Shown: one piece after another, positions 8,472 to 17,277 of the stretch
Layout: every line of letters starts with the position of its first letter
How positions within the stretch are numbered: the first letter of the stretch is position 1
DNA from: an uncultured bacterium
GTDB lineage: Bacteria; Patescibacteriota; Minisyncoccia; SW-4-49-11
Assembly (NCBI GenBank): GCA_913060955.1
Contig: CAJXTH010000001.1
Location: 1-29,939, forward strand
Direction of reading: 5' to 3'
DNA: 29,939 bases
The notes under the pieces: model-generated
Told to the model about the DNA's origin: nothing
Databases searched by the model: none
What the model saw: the letters and a program-made list of their open reading frames with translations, nothing else
Position numbers and translations under genes: made by a program

Positions 8472-9860
8472 ATGAAAACTTGGCACAAAACAATCAAAGA
8501 AGTCGCTGGATCGCTGGTCATCATCGAGAAAGTGCAAGACGTCGCCTACGAAGAGGTAGTTGAGGTCAAAGACGCCGAAGGAAATCTTCGAAAAGGACGA
8601 GTACTCGAGGTTCACAATGATACCGCTGTAGTACAGCTCTTCACCGGAACCCAAGGACTCGACACCAAGGATGCCCAAGCTGCATTCCTCGGAGAGACCT
8701 TGAAATTCGGAGTAAGCGAGCACATGCTTGGTCGAGTATTCACTGGAGCAGGAGATATCAAAGACGGAGGTCCAGAAATCATTGCTGACAAGTACCTCGA
8801 CATCAACGGAGCTCCGATTAACCCCGGAATGCGAGACTTTCCCGACCAATTTATCCAAACTGGAATTTCAACCATCGATGGACTCAACGCGTTGGTGCGA
8901 GGACAGAAGCTTCCGATCTTTTCTGGAGCTGGACTTCCCCACTCTGAACTTGCGGCGCAAATCGCCCAGCAAGCCGCTGCCGTATCGGTAGATGCCGACC
9001 AAAACGTGCAAAAATCCGACGAGAAGTTCGCAGTAATCTTTGCTGCAATGGGAGTAACCTTTGAGGAAGCTCAGTTCTTTATTGATTCATTTGAGTCAAC
9101 TGGAGCTATGGAAAACGCCGCTGTGTTCGTAAACACTGCCGATGATCCAATCGTAGAGCGAATCACCCTTCCTCGACTTGCCCTTACCCTGGGAGAATAC
9201 CTAGCCTTTGAAAAAGACATGCACGTGTTGGTGATCATGACCGACATGACCAATTACGCTGACGGACTTCGAGAGATCTCAGCATCTCGAAAAGAAATTC
9301 CCGGACGACGAGGATACCCAGGATACATGTATACCGACCTTGCTACCATGTATGAGCGAGCTGGACTGATCCAGGGACGAAAAGGATCTCTGACTCAGGT
9401 TCCAATTCTTACCATGCCGGACGACGACAAACAGCATCCAATTCCTGACCTTACCGGATATATTACCGAGGGACAGATCATGGTTGACCGAACTCTTCAC
9501 AACCAAGGAGTATACCCACCGGTCCAGCCGATTGGATCTCTTTCTCGAATCAAAGTAGACAAAAAAGCTACCCGAGAAGATATTGCCGCAGTACAAGATC
9601 AGATGTCAGCCTCATACGCCAAAGGACGAGAGATCAAAGAACTCGCCCTCATTTTGGGAGAATCTGCCCTCTCTGACACCGACCGAGCCTACATGAAGTT
9701 CGCGACTGAGTTCGAAAAACACTACATTACCCAGGGTCGAGGAGAAAACCGATCTATTATCGATACCCTGAACCTATCTTGGGAGCTTCTTTCAATCTTG
9801 CCAGTAAAAGAATTGAAAAAAGTAAAGCCTGAGTTCATTGAAAAGTACGGCAACCGCTAA
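8472..9860 (+). CDS. ntpB: V/A-type ATPase subunit B
   Basis: 462 aa. Motifs [28 protein letters not shown] and [15 protein letters not shown]. Confidence 0.98.
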   Translation: MKTWHKTIKEVAGSLVIIEKVQDVAYEEVVEVKDAEGNLRKGRVLEVHNDTAVVQLFTGTQGLDTKDAQAAFLGETLKFGVSEHMLGRVFTGAGDIKDGGPEIIADKYLDINGAPINPGMRDFPDQFIQTGISTIDGLNALVRGQKLPIFSGAGLPHSELAAQIAQQAAAVSVDADQNVQKSDEKFAVIFAAMGVTFEEAQFFIDSFESTGAMENAAVFVNTADDPIVERITLPRLALTLGEYLAFEKDMHVLVIMTDMTNYADGLREISASRKEIPGRRGYPGYMYTDLATMYERAGLIQGRKGSLTQVPILTMPDDDKQHPIPDLTGYITEGQIMVDRTLHNQGVYPPVQPIGSLSRIKVDKKATREDIAAVQDQMSASYAKGREIKELALILGESALSDTDRAYMKFATEFEKHYITQGRGENRSIIDTLNLSWELLSILPVKELKKVKPEFIEKYGNR

Positions 9861-9873
9861 GGGCATGTATTTG

Positions 9874-9963
9874 GTGAATTCCTGCGTTGTGTTCGTCGTA
9901 ATTCCCCTCACAATATGCCAGATATTGCTCACGGAAATTACTCCTCCACGCCTTGAACTTCAC
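9874..9963 (+). other. Long imperfect hairpin in B-D spacer
   Basis: Nested pairings GTGAA/TTCAC, GCGT/ACGC, GTAATT/AATTAC and CAATAT/ATATTG, with loop GCCAG. Confidence 0.5.
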
Positions 9964-9998
9964 TCAAATCCATAACCCTTAGTTAACAATATTGATTT

Positions 9999-10613
9999 AT
10001 GGCACAAATCAAACCCACCAGACAGGAGTTCCTCAAGCTGAAGAAAAAGGTCAAAACCGCTTCTCGAGGACATCGTTTGCTCAAAGATAAGCGAGACGGA
10101 TTGATTCAAAAGTTCTTGGCAATCGTTAAAGATGCTTTGACCTTGCGAAAAGAGATCGATGAATCTTTGGTAAAAGCCATTGAACTTTTCCGATACGCCG
10201 AAGCTAAAACTTCGGACCAATACTTAGCTTCTATTGCCGAGCAATCCGAGGCTCAGATTCGAATTGCCCTTGAGACCGCAAACTTTATGGGTGTACATGT
10301 GCCAAACCTTGAGTTTGAAGTCTCGGGAGATCCATTTAACTATGGAGTCCTCAATACACCCAAAGATCTCGACCAATCTCTAGTTACACTCCATCAACTC
10401 CTCCCAAAGCTCGTCAAGTTAGCAGAATTGGAGTATACAGCCCGGAAACTGGCAGAAGAGATCGAGAAGACCCGACGCCGAGTAAACGCCCTAGAACACG
10501 TAATTATCCCGGAAATGAAAGACGACATGGGATATATCAAAGGAGTACTCGAAGAACGATCCCGCCAAGAGAAAGTCACCATCATGAAGGTAAAAGAACT
10601 CCTTGGTCTGTAA
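9999..10613 (+). CDS. ntpD: V/A-type ATPase subunit D
   Basis: 204 aa. Motifs KPTRQEFLKLK, GHRLLKDKRD and EIEKTRRRVNALEHVIIP. Confidence 0.96.
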   Translation: MAQIKPTRQEFLKLKKKVKTASRGHRLLKDKRDGLIQKFLAIVKDALTLRKEIDESLVKAIELFRYAEAKTSDQYLASIAEQSEAQIRIALETANFMGVHVPNLEFEVSGDPFNYGVLNTPKDLDQSLVTLHQLLPKLVKLAELEYTARKLAEEIEKTRRRVNALEHVIIPEMKDDMGYIKGVLEERSRQEKVTIMKVKELLGL

Positions 10614-10620
10614 CTCACTT

Positions 10621-10641
10621 CCCCGCTCCGGCGGGGTTTTT
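10621..10641 (+). terminator. Intrinsic terminator of ATPase operon
   Basis: CCCCGC-TCCG-GCGGGG followed by TTTTT, 7 bp after the subunit D stop. Confidence 0.85.
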
Positions 10642-10660
10642 GGTTTCCTCTCAATATTCA

Positions 10661-10669
10661 TGATATACT
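10661..10669 (+). promoter_or_regulatory. Extended -10 promoter element (TG-A-TATACT)
   Basis: TGATATACT lies downstream of the operon terminator with no protein gene behind it on this strand. Confidence 0.55.
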
Positions 10670-10675
10670 AACCTT

Positions 10676-10888
10676 GAAGAAAGGTATTTGCCGGGCTCTT
10701 CATGGACATCCAGCTAGTTGGTGAGGTAAAAGCTCACCAAGGCCTAGAGCTAACTTCTCGATGGAGAATCTTCAATCTGAAGCGGAAAGGATATCTTTCT
10801 TTGTTATGTGCGATGCATGTAACTGTTTCTAGTGACTGGAGCTCTTCTATGCCTAACCTTCCCGTTGGAATGTTGGGCTTTTTCTTTT
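10676..10888 (+). ncRNA. Candidate structured non-coding RNA (~210 nt), family unknown
   Basis: Own extended -10 and own terminator, five or more consecutive hairpins and a long-range closing stem. There is no convincing ORF and no downstream gene on this strand. Confidence 0.5.
10851..10888 (+). terminator. Intrinsic terminator
   Basis: GCCTAAC-C-TTCC-CGTT-GGAA-T-GTTGGGC followed by TTTTTCTTTT. Confidence 0.75.
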
Positions 10889-10948
10889 AATTCAAAGTAA
10901 AATCTCTGACTTTATGTAGCCAGAGACTTTATTGTTGATACAAAGATC

Positions 10949-11512
10949 CTATACCTCCAAATAATGCTTTTGAACAGAATTAATCGGGTGACCATATCCA
11001 TTTTTCTGGATGTGAAGTCGATCTTCATCAAACACAGCTCGGGCAATTGCCGTCCAAGCAAGATACTCAACGCCTTTCATGAATGGATGCATTCGCTGAG
11101 ACTTAAATCCAACCAGATATTGTATCCGATTAAAGTTATGACAAACAGCTGACACATGACCATGTTCAATTTCGATTACTGCAACCTCCCAAAGAACGTT
11201 TTGAGTGTCGGGACATCGATATTTATGGAACCAAATCAAACCGTTTTTAACTGTTCCTTTACCAGTCACAGCTTCAAATGCAAGTTGTTCTGGACCCTCA
11301 GATGTAATCTGAATATCTTTGACAAACCGTCCATAAGTTCTTTTATGTACTCCTTTGTTCCCAACTCCATGGATATGGTCAAGACTGATCAACATGAATG
11401 GTCGAACCATAGCCGATGTTATAGGGACTACGCCTTGCACCCAAGTTATCTGATCAGACTGAAATAATCGCAGGTTTTGTAAAAGAAATTCTCTCACAGC
11501 ACTATCTCCCAA
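10949..11512 (-). CDS. Hypothetical protein (187 aa, start uncertain)
   Basis: Longest ORF in the interval. A TTGAAA-16-TAGTAT element lies at 11532-11559 on the same strand. No recognisable domain. Confidence 0.5.
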   Translation of the reverse strand: MGDSAVREFLLQNLRLFQSDQITWVQGVVPITSAMVRPFMLISLDHIHGVGNKGVHKRTYGRFVKDIQITSEGPEQLAFEAVTGKGTVKNGLIWFHKYRCPDTQNVLWEVAVIEIEHGHVSAVCHNFNRIQYLVGFKSQRMHPFMKGVEYLAWTAIARAVFDEDRLHIQKNGYGHPINSVQKHYLEV

Positions 11513-11568
11513 AAGGTGCTTTTACTTCTTTATACTACTGGTATTCCTGTGTTTTTCAAGATGTTTCC

Positions 11569-11946
11569 TCAGACCTCTTGAGATTTAAAGTAATACCCAA
11601 CTACAAATCCGAGTGGAGTTCCGAGTAACACCTGCAGTACCATGAGGGTATCCTCAATGTGAATGAGATACTCTACCATGTCGGGTTTGAAGAAAATGAT
11701 CACAAAGTTAAAGAGGACAATAATACCAAAGATAAACGGTATCAACGAAATATAGGCCCTCACAAACATTTGAGCGATACTGTTCCGAGTATCTGACTCT
11801 CGTTTTTTCAACGAGGCACTCAAGTCACTCAGAACTGCTTCCGCTGATCCTCCATCACTTAACACATCTTGAAATTCCTGCTCGATCTTTTCAAGTTCTA
11901 ATCTTTGTTGGTCCTGCTTTGATAGATATTCTTCTGTATCAGACAT
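11569..11946 (-). CDS. Hypothetical 2-TM membrane protein
   Basis: 125 aa with an acidic coiled N-terminus and two hydrophobic segments, ending LGFVVGYYFKS. Confidence 0.7.
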   Translation of the reverse strand: MSDTEEYLSKQDQQRLELEKIEQEFQDVLSDGGSAEAVLSDLSASLKKRESDTRNSIAQMFVRAYISLIPFIFGIIVLFNFVIIFFKPDMVEYLIHIEDTLMVLQVLLGTPLGFVVGYYFKSQEV

Positions 11947-11982
11947 GTTCTTTGTGATTCCGGTTCCCGAACTCGAGCACTG

Positions 11983-12225
11983 TTATTTCAATACTTCTGC
12001 ATACTTCTTCGCTTCTGGAACAAGGCGCTTCACCTCTTTTCCAAGCTCAGAATATTCTTTGAGAAGCTTTTGGTATACTTCCGGATTATCACGAAATTTT
12101 TCTATGTATTGTCGTGTTCTCTTTGCTTCAGCAAGTTTTTCTCGAAGCTGAGTATAGACTTCCCGAGCCTCAGCAATGTCTGAGGAAGATACATGCTTTT
12201 GTTTTCCAAATAATCCACCAACCAT
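11983..12225 (-). CDS. Hypothetical helical protein (80 aa)
   Basis: Amphipathic helical composition, directly downstream of a strong promoter, apparently co-transcribed with 11569-11946. Confidence 0.65.
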   Translation of the reverse strand: MVGGLFGKQKHVSSSDIAEAREVYTQLREKLAEAKRTRQYIEKFRDNPEVYQKLLKEYSELGKEVKRLVPEAKKYAEVLK

Positions 12226-12246
12226 ATTTTTCTATTAGATATTGTT

Positions 12247-12275
12247 ATTATACTCCGTATCACGCGCAATCTCAA
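12247..12275 (-). promoter_or_regulatory. sigma70-type promoter for the 80-aa/125-aa gene pair
   Basis: Minus strand TTGAGA-17-TATAAT, overlapping the stop codon of the P-type ATPase. Confidence 0.7.
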
Positions 12276-14944
12276 TCTTTTTTCCGATATCGTTCAGACT
12301 TGTATATCTCAAAAATCAGTGACGGAAGCAGAGAAAAGGCAATAATAATTATCCAATCCATGAGTCCGGGACTTGATAACCGGAATACGCCTCGAAGGAG
12401 TGGTGTCTCAAGGACAATAATCATCAGGATAATCGAAAATCCAATTCCCCAGTTTACTGATTTATTGGTCCACACTCCAATGGATAGTAGCGGTCGATGC
12501 AGTGAGCGGAGGACATACACACTGATGATCTGTGAGAAACAAATAATACCAAACAGAACCGTTCGAGCCATGAGTGGTTCATTTAAGTTATAGTAATACC
12601 AGAGGTACACTAACAGAATCGGAATGGTAGAACTTACGGTCAAAATCGTGATGGAAGGAGCGGTCATCCGGGAAATAATTCCTTGGTTCACGGGGAATGG
12701 AGGTCGCTTGAGAGCGTTTCCGTGACTTCCTTCAGTGGCTAGGACGATATCTGAGATACCGCTGGTAACCAGGTTAATCCAAAGTACTTGAGAGGCCAGT
12801 AACGGTGACGGGGTTCCCAAGATCATAGCCCCGACGATCAGGATACTTTGAGAAACACTTCCGACAATTAAGTTCACCGAGGTTTGAGCAATGTTTCGGG
12901 CGATGACTCTTCCCTCCTCGATTGCTTTGAGGATTGTAGAGAAATTGTCATCGGTCAAAATAATGTCACTCGCTTCTCGAGCAACGTCAGTTCCGACGAT
13001 TCCCATTGCAAATCCAATGTCCGCTTTTTTGAGAGCTGGGGCGTCATTTACGCCGTCTCCAGTCATCGTGATGACCTGCCCGTTGCTCTGGTATACATCG
13101 GCAATTTCAAGCTTCATATGAGGGGTGAGCCTGGCAAATACATTCGATTTCATCACTGCCTTTTCAAAGGCTTTGCTATCCAGCTGTTCGAGTTCAGCTC
13201 CCGAGTATACCTCGTCTAGAGTGGTTTCTGGTGGTTCAAGTCCAATTCGTTTGGCAACCGAAAGTGCTGTGGCCTTGTGGTCCCCAGTAGCCATGATAAC
13301 CTTGATTCCGGCTTCTTGTGCTTGGCGGATTGCTTCGGGAGTTTCGGGACGAATTGGGTCTTCCATGCCAATGATTCCAATCATCTGGATCTTTTGGATT
13401 TCTTTTTCATGAAGACCCTCGTGATCCTGGGCAATTTTCATACGTCCAACCCCAATCACGCGCATAGCATCCGAACTCCATTCTGTTGCCCGACTTATAA
13501 GAGTCTGCACTGCTTGGGTCTTACGGGACACCAACCCAGCGAGAGCCTCTGGTGCTCCGACGATGTATACCCAAGTATCATCTCCATGCTGAATCTTGGT
13601 TGCTCGGAACTTGCGGTCACTATTAAATGGTAAATCTTCAACAATCTTCCACTCCTGGGACAAGACTTCTTTTTTGAGTCCGGCTTTCTGACCGAGCACT
13701 GCCAAAGCGGCTTCGGTAGGATCTCCAATAACCTCAAAGTACGACTCCCCCGTCTCAGAAGTCTTGGAAACCACCTGAGCAGATTGCCCAAGTGTCGCAG
13801 CATGCAAAAGATCAGAGACCTGTTCGTTATCAAGCGGTGTCACCCGTACCTCGTCACGAACAAAGTCTCCCTGCGGACTCCAGCCTTCTCCCGTAACTGA
13901 AAGCTCCTCACCATCGGCAAGGGCAAGCTTGCGAACGGTCATGGTATTTTGCGTGAGAGTTCCGGTCTTGTCAGTTACAATTACTGAAGCTACTGCCAAA
14001 GATTCGGTAATCGGGAGCGATCGAATAATCGCATTTCGTGCTGCCATTCGGCGAGATCCAATTGCCAACACCACCGCCAAGATTGCAGGGAGACCTTCGG
14101 GAATTCCTCCAACCAACACGGCGATGGTAAACAAAATCAGCTCCACCGCTTCAACCCCTCGCAAGAATCCAACCACCAACACCATCAACGCTCCAGCAAA
14201 GGCAAGCACACTCAACTGAACTCCGAGCTGTCCGGTAATTTTATGAAAGTGGGTTTGCTGTTCCTCTACCGATGAGATATCCTGAGCAATCTGGCCGATT
14301 GCAGTCTGCATCCCGGTCCCAACCACAATTGCTTTGGCTGTCCCCCGAGCAACATAGGTTCCCATCCAGATCATGTTGATCTGATCGGCAATCGGTAGCT
14401 CCTCGTGAAGAACTTCAAGCTTTTTTTCTTCAGGAAGAGACTCTCCGGTAAGCGAAGATTCAACTGTTTTAAAATCGGTAATATCCAACAGTCGCGCATC
14501 GGCTGGAATTCGATCTCCCTCTTCCAAGGCAATAATATCTCCGGGAACCAACTCCTCCGTAAGGACTTCCTGGAGCTGGTTATCTCGAATCACCTTCGCC
14601 TTTTTCTTCACTGTTTTTTGAAGTGCTTGAACGGCTTGTTCAGCCCGATATTCTTGAAAGAATCCAATCCCGGCATTCACAATAATCACAATCAAAATAA
14701 CTACCGCATCAGTAGTTTTTCCGGCCACAAAAGAAATCAACACTGCTATTAACAAAATAATCACCAAGCTGTTGGCCAATTGATGAAGCAGCAACACCCA
14801 AATCGATTGACCTGATGTATCATCCAAGACATTTGGCCCGACCTCTTTTTGTCGCCGTAATACTTCTGCTTGAGTAAGACCAGAGATTGCCGAACGCTGC
14901 TCAGCTAACAAGTCTTTGATGCTAAGGGTAGACCAATGTTTCAT
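12272..14944 (-). CDS. P-type cation-transporting ATPase (P2-type, HAD-IC), non-canonical ion site
   Basis: 890 aa. Motifs LTGES, IPEGLP, DKTGTLT, DPIRPE, TGDH and MTGDGVNDAPALKKADIG; about 10 TM helices. Confidence 0.93.
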   Translation of the reverse strand: MKHWSTLSIKDLLAEQRSAISGLTQAEVLRRQKEVGPNVLDDTSGQSIWVLLLHQLANSLVIILLIAVLISFVAGKTTDAVVILIVIIVNAGIGFFQEYRAEQAVQALQKTVKKKAKVIRDNQLQEVLTEELVPGDIIALEEGDRIPADARLLDITDFKTVESSLTGESLPEEKKLEVLHEELPIADQINMIWMGTYVARGTAKAIVVGTGMQTAIGQIAQDISSVEEQQTHFHKITGQLGVQLSVLAFAGALMVLVVGFLRGVEAVELILFTIAVLVGGIPEGLPAILAVVLAIGSRRMAARNAIIRSLPITESLAVASVIVTDKTGTLTQNTMTVRKLALADGEELSVTGEGWSPQGDFVRDEVRVTPLDNEQVSDLLHAATLGQSAQVVSKTSETGESYFEVIGDPTEAALAVLGQKAGLKKEVLSQEWKIVEDLPFNSDRKFRATKIQHGDDTWVYIVGAPEALAGLVSRKTQAVQTLISRATEWSSDAMRVIGVGRMKIAQDHEGLHEKEIQKIQMIGIIGMEDPIRPETPEAIRQAQEAGIKVIMATGDHKATALSVAKRIGLEPPETTLDEVYSGAELEQLDSKAFEKAVMKSNVFARLTPHMKLEIADVYQSNGQVITMTGDGVNDAPALKKADIGFAMGIVGTDVAREASDIILTDDNFSTILKAIEEGRVIARNIAQTSVNLIVGSVSQSILIVGAMILGTPSPLLASQVLWINLVTSGISDIVLATEGSHGNALKRPPFPVNQGIISRMTAPSITILTVSSTIPILLVYLWYYYNLNEPLMARTVLFGIICFSQIISVYVLRSLHRPLLSIGVWTNKSVNWGIGFSIILMIIVLETPLLRGVFRLSSPGLMDWIIIIAFSLLPSLIFEIYKSERYRKKD

Positions 14945-14979
14945 AGATATTGTGTTTTTGTGTTGTGAACTCTATAGTC

Positions 14980-14988
14980 ATTGTATCA
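14980..14988 (-). promoter_or_regulatory. Extended -10 element upstream of P-type ATPase
   Basis: Minus strand TG-A-TACAAT, 35 bp upstream of the ATG. Confidence 0.5.
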
Positions 14989-15014
14989 AAAAAGAGTGAC
15001 TTGTGCTCACTCTT
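14988..15014 (-). terminator. Intrinsic terminator of the 239-aa membrane protein gene
   Basis: Minus strand AAGAGTGA-GCACAAG-TCACTCTT followed by TTTT. Confidence 0.75.
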
Positions 15015-15016
15015 GT

Positions 15017-15736
15017 CTATCGTACCTTGGGTGGATGAAACAGTATCGTCACGGACTTGATATGACACCGAAGATAATGCGTGCAGGCATACATAGCCAA
15101 AACCACTCCCATCATCTCCATAAACTCTTCGATATGAGCGAGCTCAATATACCAATCAGAAAGCCCCTGAGTTGAAAGACTATATCCTCCAATTGCCTCA
15201 ACTCCCACAGCTCCTCCGACATATACAATTCCTGCCAGGATAAAATAGAAAGCCACGAGTCGAGGAACCTTCCATAAGAATATAGAATAAATCAACCCAA
15301 ATAGTCCGACTAACGCAAGGCCCACCACGATCCAAGCCTGATATAACCAAGGAGGAAGGTCAAAGCTATTCCGAATTGGATCAATCACCAACTCATGAAG
15401 TCCTGACACTTCATCAAGAGAAATGTAGACAAAGATAATCGCAAGTCCTCGCCACCAAAAGTGAAGCCAATTTCCTCGGACTTTTTCGGTAGAAGCAATG
15501 ATTCCAGCCAAAAGTCCGGTATAGAGGGTGAGAAATCCCACAAACCAGGTAGGAATATTTACTTCCTGATCAATATTAAACAACCGACTCTGATCAGAAA
15601 GGACATTGTAATACTGACTTCCCTGCTCATTTAAGAGCTCCGTTGCTCTCGGTGCAGAAATAAAACTCACGACAACAAGAAATGTTACCGTAAGGGCACA
15701 GAGGAGAACAAATCGTTTGGTGAATAGGTGGATCAT
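15017..15736 (-). CDS. Hypothetical multi-pass membrane protein
   Basis: 239 aa with about 6-7 TM segments and polar motifs SLDEVSGLHE, GVEAIGG and HIEEFMEMMG. Confidence 0.8.
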   Translation of the reverse strand: MIHLFTKRFVLLCALTVTFLVVVSFISAPRATELLNEQGSQYYNVLSDQSRLFNIDQEVNIPTWFVGFLTLYTGLLAGIIASTEKVRGNWLHFWWRGLAIIFVYISLDEVSGLHELVIDPIRNSFDLPPWLYQAWIVVGLALVGLFGLIYSIFLWKVPRLVAFYFILAGIVYVGGAVGVEAIGGYSLSTQGLSDWYIELAHIEEFMEMMGVVLAMYACTHYLRCHIKSVTILFHPPKVR

Positions 15737-15813
15737 GAATTGCTATAACTACCGGGCTTCTGACACGCAGAAGTAGTATTATAGCGAAAAATTGCCAATT
15801 TGAAAAGATTTGC

Positions 15814-16254
15814 CTACCCTTCTAGAGATTGTTTCATGGACTCTAGATCAGATTTGAGCATCTTTTTCATTGATCCCGCCATGAGCGCTGCGAGTGGAGT
15901 GAAGATTTTAGCCATAAATGTCTGGGCAACTCCCGAGAACTTCATAGTGACTTCAGTTGCACCATCTCGCTCCTGAAATATATATTCAGTAGTATACAGG
16001 GTCCCAGCTGAATTTGAAGTAATTTCGATTAAGGTATTTTCTTGAGCTCCAGTGACTTCCATCTGCTCGGTTACTTCTTTTCCCATCATGACTCGGGTTT
16101 CTTTCCAGACAGTTCCTACTCCAGTTTGAGTATCAGAAATGACCTCAGTCTTTACGATCCCCGGGATCCGATTTCCAATTGCTTCAATATCCAAAAACGC
16201 GGGATAGACTTCGGAAACTGGCTTATTGATAGTTACTGACTCTGAGATCGTCAT
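15814..16254 (-). CDS. SRPBCC (polyketide cyclase/CoxG-like) family protein
   Basis: 146 aa. ISESVTINKPVSEVYPAF start, GVGTVWKETR and a C-terminal helix (KSDLESMKQSLE) typical of the START/SRPBCC fold. Confidence 0.85.
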   Translation of the reverse strand: MTISESVTINKPVSEVYPAFLDIEAIGNRIPGIVKTEVISDTQTGVGTVWKETRVMMGKEVTEQMEVTGAQENTLIEITSNSAGTLYTTEYIFQERDGATEVTMKFSGVAQTFMAKIFTPLAALMAGSMKKMLKSDLESMKQSLEG

Positions 16255-16299
16255 AGAATTATATTAGATTTTGATATAACTCTATTTTAGCACGACACC

Positions 16300-17265
16300 T
16301 CAACCTCGAATGATAAGACCTCCGATATAAACCACATAGGCAACTACAAAAATTGCTCCCTGCCAGCGCTCCAGTTGGTGTCGTTTTCCCACAAAGAGGT
16401 CAAGAAATAGTGCAAGCGTAGCGAGTACCGCCACAATAATATCCATGTTGGCAGACGGATCAAAAGGAAGCGGAGCGATCAGACTGGTAACTCCTAAAAT
16501 CCAGAACACGTTAAAAATATTGGATCCAATCACATTTCCGATGGCAATGTCAGTGTTTCCCTTGGAGGCTGCCACTGCCGAAGTAACCAGCTCCGGAAGA
16601 GAAGTTCCCACGGCCACAATGGTAAATCCTACCAAAGATTCAGACATTCCAAGGGTAGTTGCAATCGAGACCGCATTGGTTACCACCCAGTTACCTCCCA
16701 AAACAAGAGCTCCAATCCCCAGAACAATCATCCCCAAAGAAACCGGTAAACTCCGTTCAACAATCTCCTCTTCTGGCTCCATTTCCCCCGGAGATTCCTT
16801 AGCAATACCAAAGGTGTAATAGAGAAAAATTGCAAAGAATGCCAACAACGAAAGCCCATCAGCCCGAGTAAGCGAAGAAAATGACAGTCCATCAATCAGA
16901 CTATCGTTAGCCATGATCGCCAGCAAAACCACCGCCAGGAGGCTGAAGGGAATCTCTTTCCAAACGGTATTTTTGTGAACTTGCAGAGGATGAATTATCG
17001 AAGCAACCCCCAAGATCAAAAGTGTGTTGGCAATTGTACTTCCGAGCACGTTACCAATGGCAATATCGGTGTTGCCATTCACTGCCGAGATTACACCCAC
17101 TACCAACTCCGGGGCCGAGGTTCCAAAGGCCACAATAGTCAGTCCAATCACTAAATCTGAGACCTTGAGTTTCTTGGCAATGGAGGATGAATCCTCAACC
17201 ATCACGTCCGCTCCTTTGATCAAGAACACAAATCCGAGTAATAACAGTCCAATCGATACAATCAT
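16300..17265 (-). CDS. yrbG: Calcium/sodium antiporter (CaCA family, YrbG-like)
   Basis: 321 aa with two alpha-repeats, GTSAPE...IGNVLGS and GTSLPE...IGNVIGSN. Confidence 0.93.
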   Translation of the reverse strand: MIVSIGLLLLGFVFLIKGADVMVEDSSSIAKKLKVSDLVIGLTIVAFGTSAPELVVGVISAVNGNTDIAIGNVLGSTIANTLLILGVASIIHPLQVHKNTVWKEIPFSLLAVVLLAIMANDSLIDGLSFSSLTRADGLSLLAFFAIFLYYTFGIAKESPGEMEPEEEIVERSLPVSLGMIVLGIGALVLGGNWVVTNAVSIATTLGMSESLVGFTIVAVGTSLPELVTSAVAASKGNTDIAIGNVIGSNIFNVFWILGVTSLIAPLPFDPSANMDIIVAVLATLALFLDLFVGKRHQLERWQGAIFVVAYVVYIGGLIIRG

Positions 17266-17277
17266 ATTCTTTTATCG

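Noticed and set aside
8157-8858. 233-aa minus-strand ORF
   Set aside because: It is the antisense shadow of ntpA/ntpB, with no motif and a composition typical of reverse-frame ORFs.
6655-9860. Possible inteins in ATPase A/B subunits
   Set aside because: Lengths and motifs are uninterrupted, with no intein signatures.
10676-10850. Resemblance to lysine, SAM-I, M-box or fluoride riboswitches (GAAAGG, CTGT..TGGAG, ATCCAG, GGTGAGG, GATGGAG fragments)
   Set aside because: Only isolated short words match, the required core motifs are missing, and no downstream gene exists on that strand to regulate.
10702-10890. 62-aa ORF inside the candidate ncRNA
   Set aside because: It runs through the terminator, lacks the TATG start context and has no protein-like features. 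Not fully excluded.
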